Position numbers and translations under genes: made by a program. Below, piece by piece: positions 25,508 to 29,023 of a DNA stretch of 29,023 bases (position 1 is the first letter of the stretch; every line of letters begins with the position of its first letter). The notes beneath the pieces are model-generated. The model had not been told where the DNA came from. It did not search any database and worked only from the letters and a program-made list of their open reading frames with translations. Source of the stretch: a virus (taxonomy: Duplodnaviria > Caudoviricetes); IMG/VR virus record IMGVR_UViG_3300010157_000191, positions 1 to 29,023 of that record. One strand, written 5' to 3'.

Positions 25508-26236
25508 ATGAGGGTTTCATATATTATTAGCTATCGACACACACCAGAAAGAATCTTAAATCTAAGAAGAGTCTTAGATTGGCTAAGAGGATTTAATAAT
25601 ATAGATGTAATTGTGGTTGAACAAGATACACATTCAAAGATATCTCATTTAAGTTTAAATGCTAAACATATATTTATCAAGTCAGATAATGCGGTTTATA
25701 ATAAGTCTTGGGCTTTTAATGTTGCTTTAAAGAGACAGAATAATCATGTTGTTGTATTTGCTGATTCTGATATTGTAATGGATCCAAACGAACTTTTTGC
25801 ATCAATTAGTGAATTGAATAATTATGATGTTGTTTCTCCAAGTAAATCAGTTATCAACTTGTCACCTGCTGATATAAACTATCCAATAGATGCACTTAAA
25901 ACACTTAACCGACCAACTCAAGATACAAATATCTGTGGTGGTATTGTGATATTCAAACCAGATGCAATATTTAAAATTGGTGGATGGTCAGAAGCATTTG
26001 AAATAATTGGTAATTCTGTTAAGTTTCAAGATTTTAAATTAAAATTAATGGGTATTAACTACACTGAGTTAGATTACAGATGTTACCACTATGCCCATCA
26101 GAAATTAGATTTTAGTGAGAATCAAAAAAACAGAGATGCCTCTGTTTTAGAACAATTAACGGGTTTAGATGTGAATAAGTTACAATTCCATATTAGTTCT
26201 ACTGTTGGTAAAATTGGCGCATTGAATAAATATTAA
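25508..26236 (+). CDS. GT-A fold glycosyltransferase (GT2/GT7-like)
   Basis: IISYR, VVEQD, YNKSWAFN, DxD motif (FADSD), GG....IGGWSE.F, HYAH. Confidence 0.8.
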   Translation: MRVSYIISYRHTPERILNLRRVLDWLRGFNNIDVIVVEQDTHSKISHLSLNAKHIFIKSDNAVYNKSWAFNVALKRQNNHVVVFADSDIVMDPNELFASISELNNYDVVSPSKSVINLSPADINYPIDALKTLNRPTQDTNICGGIVIFKPDAIFKIGGWSEAFEIIGNSVKFQDFKLKLMGINYTELDYRCYHYAHQKLDFSENQKNRDASVLEQLTGLDVNKLQFHISSTVGKIGALNKY

Positions 26237-26517
26237 TTTATTAATGCGTTAATTCTTTCATTTCTTAAATAAGATTTATAATCCATTTCTTCTGTGATAA
26301 AGTATTCACTCATCTCTACTTCGGTAAAGAAGTAGTCTATCTGAGGCTTCTGTCTATCATCTATAACACAGTATCCATGTCCGGTTTTACCTTTTACATT
26401 TGGATGAAAATTATATTCCAGATTGCCGCGACCGCATATTCTATAATGTCCATTGATTTTCAATGTCTCATATTCCTTAATGCAAACACAGTTACTACCC
26501 ATGTCAAATTCGTCCAT
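26233..26517 (-). CDS. hypothetical protein with C-terminal RNERINALI motif
   Basis: Start moved to ATG 26517 (MDEFDMG) because the longer TTG start overlaps the promoter element and the upstream gene. Confidence 0.7.
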   Translation of the reverse strand: MDEFDMGSNCVCIKEYETLKINGHYRICGRGNLEYNFHPNVKGKTGHGYCVIDDRQKPQIDYFFTEVEMSEYFITEEMDYKSYLRNERINALIN

Positions 26518-26534
26518 AAAATTTATTTGAAGTG

Positions 26535-26562
26535 CAAATATACGAATTTTTAACTTATACAA
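26535..26562 (-). promoter_or_regulatory. Bacteroidota sigma-A type promoter (TTG-N17-TATATTTG)
   Basis: AATTCGTATATTTGC closely matches AATTTGTATATTTGC at the 24036 site; the -33 spacing is short. Confidence 0.6.
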
Positions 26563-27122
26563 GTTCTTAATTTACCGTATCTCATAAGAAGCTTATACAT
26601 CTTATCATACTCAGTATCTATATCAGCTATTTGTTTCTCCACCCATTTCTCATTATTTAGGAACTCAACTATCATTCCTTTTCTAAGTTCTGATTTATTA
26701 GACAGAAACTTATATCTTCTTTGTTCTATGAATGAAAAAGATAATCCATTATATACATATGTTGTATCACTTTCATTTAACTCATAGATAACTGGCTTTA
26801 CTAATTTCTCGGACCCATCATATGATATTTTCTTTGGAAGACTCTCATTCTTATATTTAACTATAAGAGAGTCTTGATATAACTCATCAAGAAGATAAAT
26901 GGCATCCTTTCGTAAAGCATTATTCTCATCATTACTTATTGCTATGAATGAGTTACCATGTGTACCGTTTCGATATCCAGTGATAGGTATAACTGTGTAG
27001 TCTTTTGAGTATAGTATTGAGCATGCCTTATCACATGAGACTTTATTTTCCTTTATGGAATTTGACTTTTTCTCAGGTGAGATTATTAAATATGATATAT
27101 TACGATCTTCTAAATTAAACAT
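26550..27122 (-). CDS. hypothetical protein
   Basis: Start moved to ATG 27122 (MFNLEDR), 5 nt after a late-type motif at 27128-27136. Confidence 0.7.
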   Translation of the reverse strand: MFNLEDRNISYLIISPEKKSNSIKENKVSCDKACSILYSKDYTVIPITGYRNGTHGNSFIAISNDENNALRKDAIYLLDELYQDSLIVKYKNESLPKKISYDGSEKLVKPVIYELNESDTTYVYNGLSFSFIEQRRYKFLSNKSELRKGMIVEFLNNEKWVEKQIADIDTEYDKMYKLLMRYGKLRTCIS

Positions 27123-27127
27123 CGAAG

Positions 27128-27201
27128 TATATATTAAAAAACTAAATGTCGAATTCCTCATTTAACTTAGAAAATAGGGAAGACTGCATAATTAATATAT
27201 A
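27128..27201. promoter_or_regulatory. divergent pair of putative late promoters
   Basis: TAATATATA on minus (27128-27136) and plus (27193-27201), each 5 nt from an ATG. Confidence 0.65.
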
Positions 27202-27206
27202 GTATT

Positions 27207-27890
27207 ATGAGAAAAGAATGTTCTAGATGTAGTGATATTAAAGAATTAGAGTACTTTCATATAGCTATTCGAGGTAAATTAGGAAGATGTTCAATTTGTA
27301 AAGAATGTCGGAAAATCGATGGGTTAAACAACCGTTTGAAAAACAAGGATAGTATAAAGGAATATAAAAAAACATATTATGAGAAAAATAAAAAAGAAAT
27401 CTCCGATAAGAAAAAGGATAAAAAGGCATGGAAGCTTTATTATCTAAATAATAAGGAAAAAGTAAGTGTTGCAAATAAGAAATATAGAACTCTAAATAAA
27501 GATATTATAAATGAAAAAAGTAATTATTATAGAAAGTGTAGAAGAAATGATGATATATTATATAGAATAATTACTAGTATTAGGAGTTCAATTGGATGTA
27601 GTTTAAGATATAATGGTTATTCGAAAAAGTCGAAATCTTATGAGATTCTAGGTTGTACCTATGAGGAATTTAGTGAGTATTTAGAATCCAAATTTGAGGA
27701 GTGGATGTGTTGGGATAATTATGGTAAATATAATGGTGAATTAAACTATGGGTGGGATATGGATCATATTAAGCCAATATCCTCTGCTAATTCGGAGGAA
27801 GAAATTTTAAAATTAAATCACTTTACTAATTTCCAGCCACTTTGTAGTAAAGTAAATAGAGATATTAAAAAAAATAAAATTCTTCCTTAA
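27207..27890 (+). CDS. HNH homing endonuclease with N-terminal Zn finger
   Basis: CSRC...CKEC; WDMDHIKP...NHFTNFQPLCS..N...K. Confidence 0.85.
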   Translation: MRKECSRCSDIKELEYFHIAIRGKLGRCSICKECRKIDGLNNRLKNKDSIKEYKKTYYEKNKKEISDKKKDKKAWKLYYLNNKEKVSVANKKYRTLNKDIINEKSNYYRKCRRNDDILYRIITSIRSSIGCSLRYNGYSKKSKSYEILGCTYEEFSEYLESKFEEWMCWDNYGKYNGELNYGWDMDHIKPISSANSEEEILKLNHFTNFQPLCSKVNRDIKKNKILP

Positions 27891-29022
27891 TTTTTTTGTC
27901 AAAAATTACCTCAATAATTTCCCTATATTGAATAGGGACTATTATACTATCATGTATTGTAATTACTTTTATCTCTGGATATAAATCCATTATAGTTTTA
28001 ACTACTTGTTTGAAAATAAAGTTAGATTCTGACCTTTGTAGGTAATGTGATAAAGATCGGTAGTCACCCATTTCTATTTTATAGAGTCTAATAAAGTTAT
28101 AAATAGTTGGAAATAACTTTAAAAAATTATCACTATCCTTATTTTTATAATTTTTTCCAAAAAATACCTTATATACCATTTCCTTAGCTAGCTTCTTTTC
28201 ACTGTAGATAGGAAATCTATCCATTATATATTTATAAAAATTACCATTTAGTGTCAGTGTTTTAAATAAATCAAATTCTTTTCTATCTACAATATGAATG
28301 TCATTTTCATATATTAACTTACATAGAAATAAAGGCTGAGAATTTGATATGTCTTTCTCAAAGGTTTCTTTACCATCTATTAAAAGACAATTCTTTCTGA
28401 TGAATGACTTAAGTATTGTAAAATTTGTATGTAATCTACCATAGTCACAAAAGTGATAAAAGATATGACTATCATTTATACATTCAACACTATATTTATT
28501 TTTATTGTAGATATCATTATCTTGACTCGTATTATCTAAATAAAATATAGATTTGGAAATATCAATATCAACATGAAATAAGTCATTTATTAGCTTCTTT
28601 CTAATATTTGTGTCTATATTATTTGTTTGATTATTATCAATATTACATATAGCTGCTCTATACTTCTTTAATAAAACTCTATCTGCATTCTTATAACGAT
28701 TGATATTACCATTTATTATATGTTTGTTTATAGAGTAAACCCGTGCATTCTTGCCTTTCTGGTGATTTCGAACAAGGCTTATTATGTCGTTATCAACTAA
28801 ATATGATATATAGTAATTATACTTATCACCATATTTTTCTTTAAGAATTATCGATGATAAGTTGAAATTATTATCTTTCTTGAAGTAATATTTTAAGAGT
28901 AGATTATGTATTATATCTATAATATATGCTGTTTTAATTCTAGCATTTTTATATTGTATATATGTTTCTGTTGAGATAGGCTCCAATGCTTCTGGTAGAA
29001 ACTGTAAGCTATACTTTTTCTT
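27865..29022 (-). CDS. compact family-A-polymerase-like protein with a possible N-terminal winged helix (5'-truncated by the window edge)
   Basis: DYGRLHT, motif A DISNSQP, motif B KKLAKEMVYKVFFG, LQRSES, motif C TIHDSI. The frame is open to the window end (KKKYSLQFLPEALEP...). Confidence 0.7.
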   Translation of the reverse strand, partial: KKKYSLQFLPEALEPISTETYIQYKNARIKTAYIIDIIHNLLLKYYFKKDNNFNLSSIILKEKYGDKYNYYISYLVDNDIISLVRNHQKGKNARVYSINKHIINGNINRYKNADRVLLKKYRAAICNIDNNQTNNIDTNIRKKLINDLFHVDIDISKSIFYLDNTSQDNDIYNKNKYSVECINDSHIFYHFCDYGRLHTNFTILKSFIRKNCLLIDGKETFEKDISNSQPLFLCKLIYENDIHIVDRKEFDLFKTLTLNGNFYKYIMDRFPIYSEKKLAKEMVYKVFFGKNYKNKDSDNFLKLFPTIYNFIRLYKIEMGDYRSLSHYLQRSESNFIFKQVVKTIMDLYPEIKVITIHDSIIVPIQYREIIEVIFDKKIKEEFYFF

Positions 29023-29023
29023 C

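Noticed and set aside
1383-27474. Other short nested or antisense ORFs (1383, 6467, 6998, 12071, 21007, 21537, 21781, 21855, 23404, 27265)
   Set aside because: They overlap better-supported genes and lack any of the three upstream motifs.
1-29023. tRNA, rRNA, introns or inteins
   Set aside because: Intergenic gaps are short and AT-rich with no cloverleaf seen; core genes are uninterrupted and show no intein splice motifs by eye. A covariance-model search was not run.

Overview
AT-rich segment of a large T4-superfamily (myovirus-like, probably jumbo) phage genome read in the standard genetic code. It holds a head module (gp4-like nuclease, gp2-like protein, portal, a fused prohead protease-scaffold with eleven 14-aa repeats, major capsid protein). 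Scattered around it are gp55-like late sigma, gp15-like tail terminator, gp25-like baseplate, gp44-like clamp loader, ThyA, a NEIL1-like glycosylase, a 2H phosphoesterase, an M28-like peptidase, a glycosyltransferase, a compact family-A-polymerase-like protein and five free-standing homing-endonuclease-like genes, one split by a +1 frameshift. The intergenic DNA shows three distinct promoter-like motif classes that sort by gene function: Bacteroidota sigma-A type TTTG-N19/20-TAnnTTTG (suggesting a Bacteroidota host), AAAC-N16/17-ATATAA before DNA-metabolism genes and gp55, and T[A/T]ATATATA before structural and endonuclease genes. Two peptide tags track these classes: four otherwise dissimilar proteins behind host-type promoters end in R-[DEN]-x-x-[IL]-[DN]-x-L-[IL], and three proteins behind late-type promoters begin with T4 capsid-targeting-like leaders. 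All family calls come from motif recognition by eye; no database searches were run.
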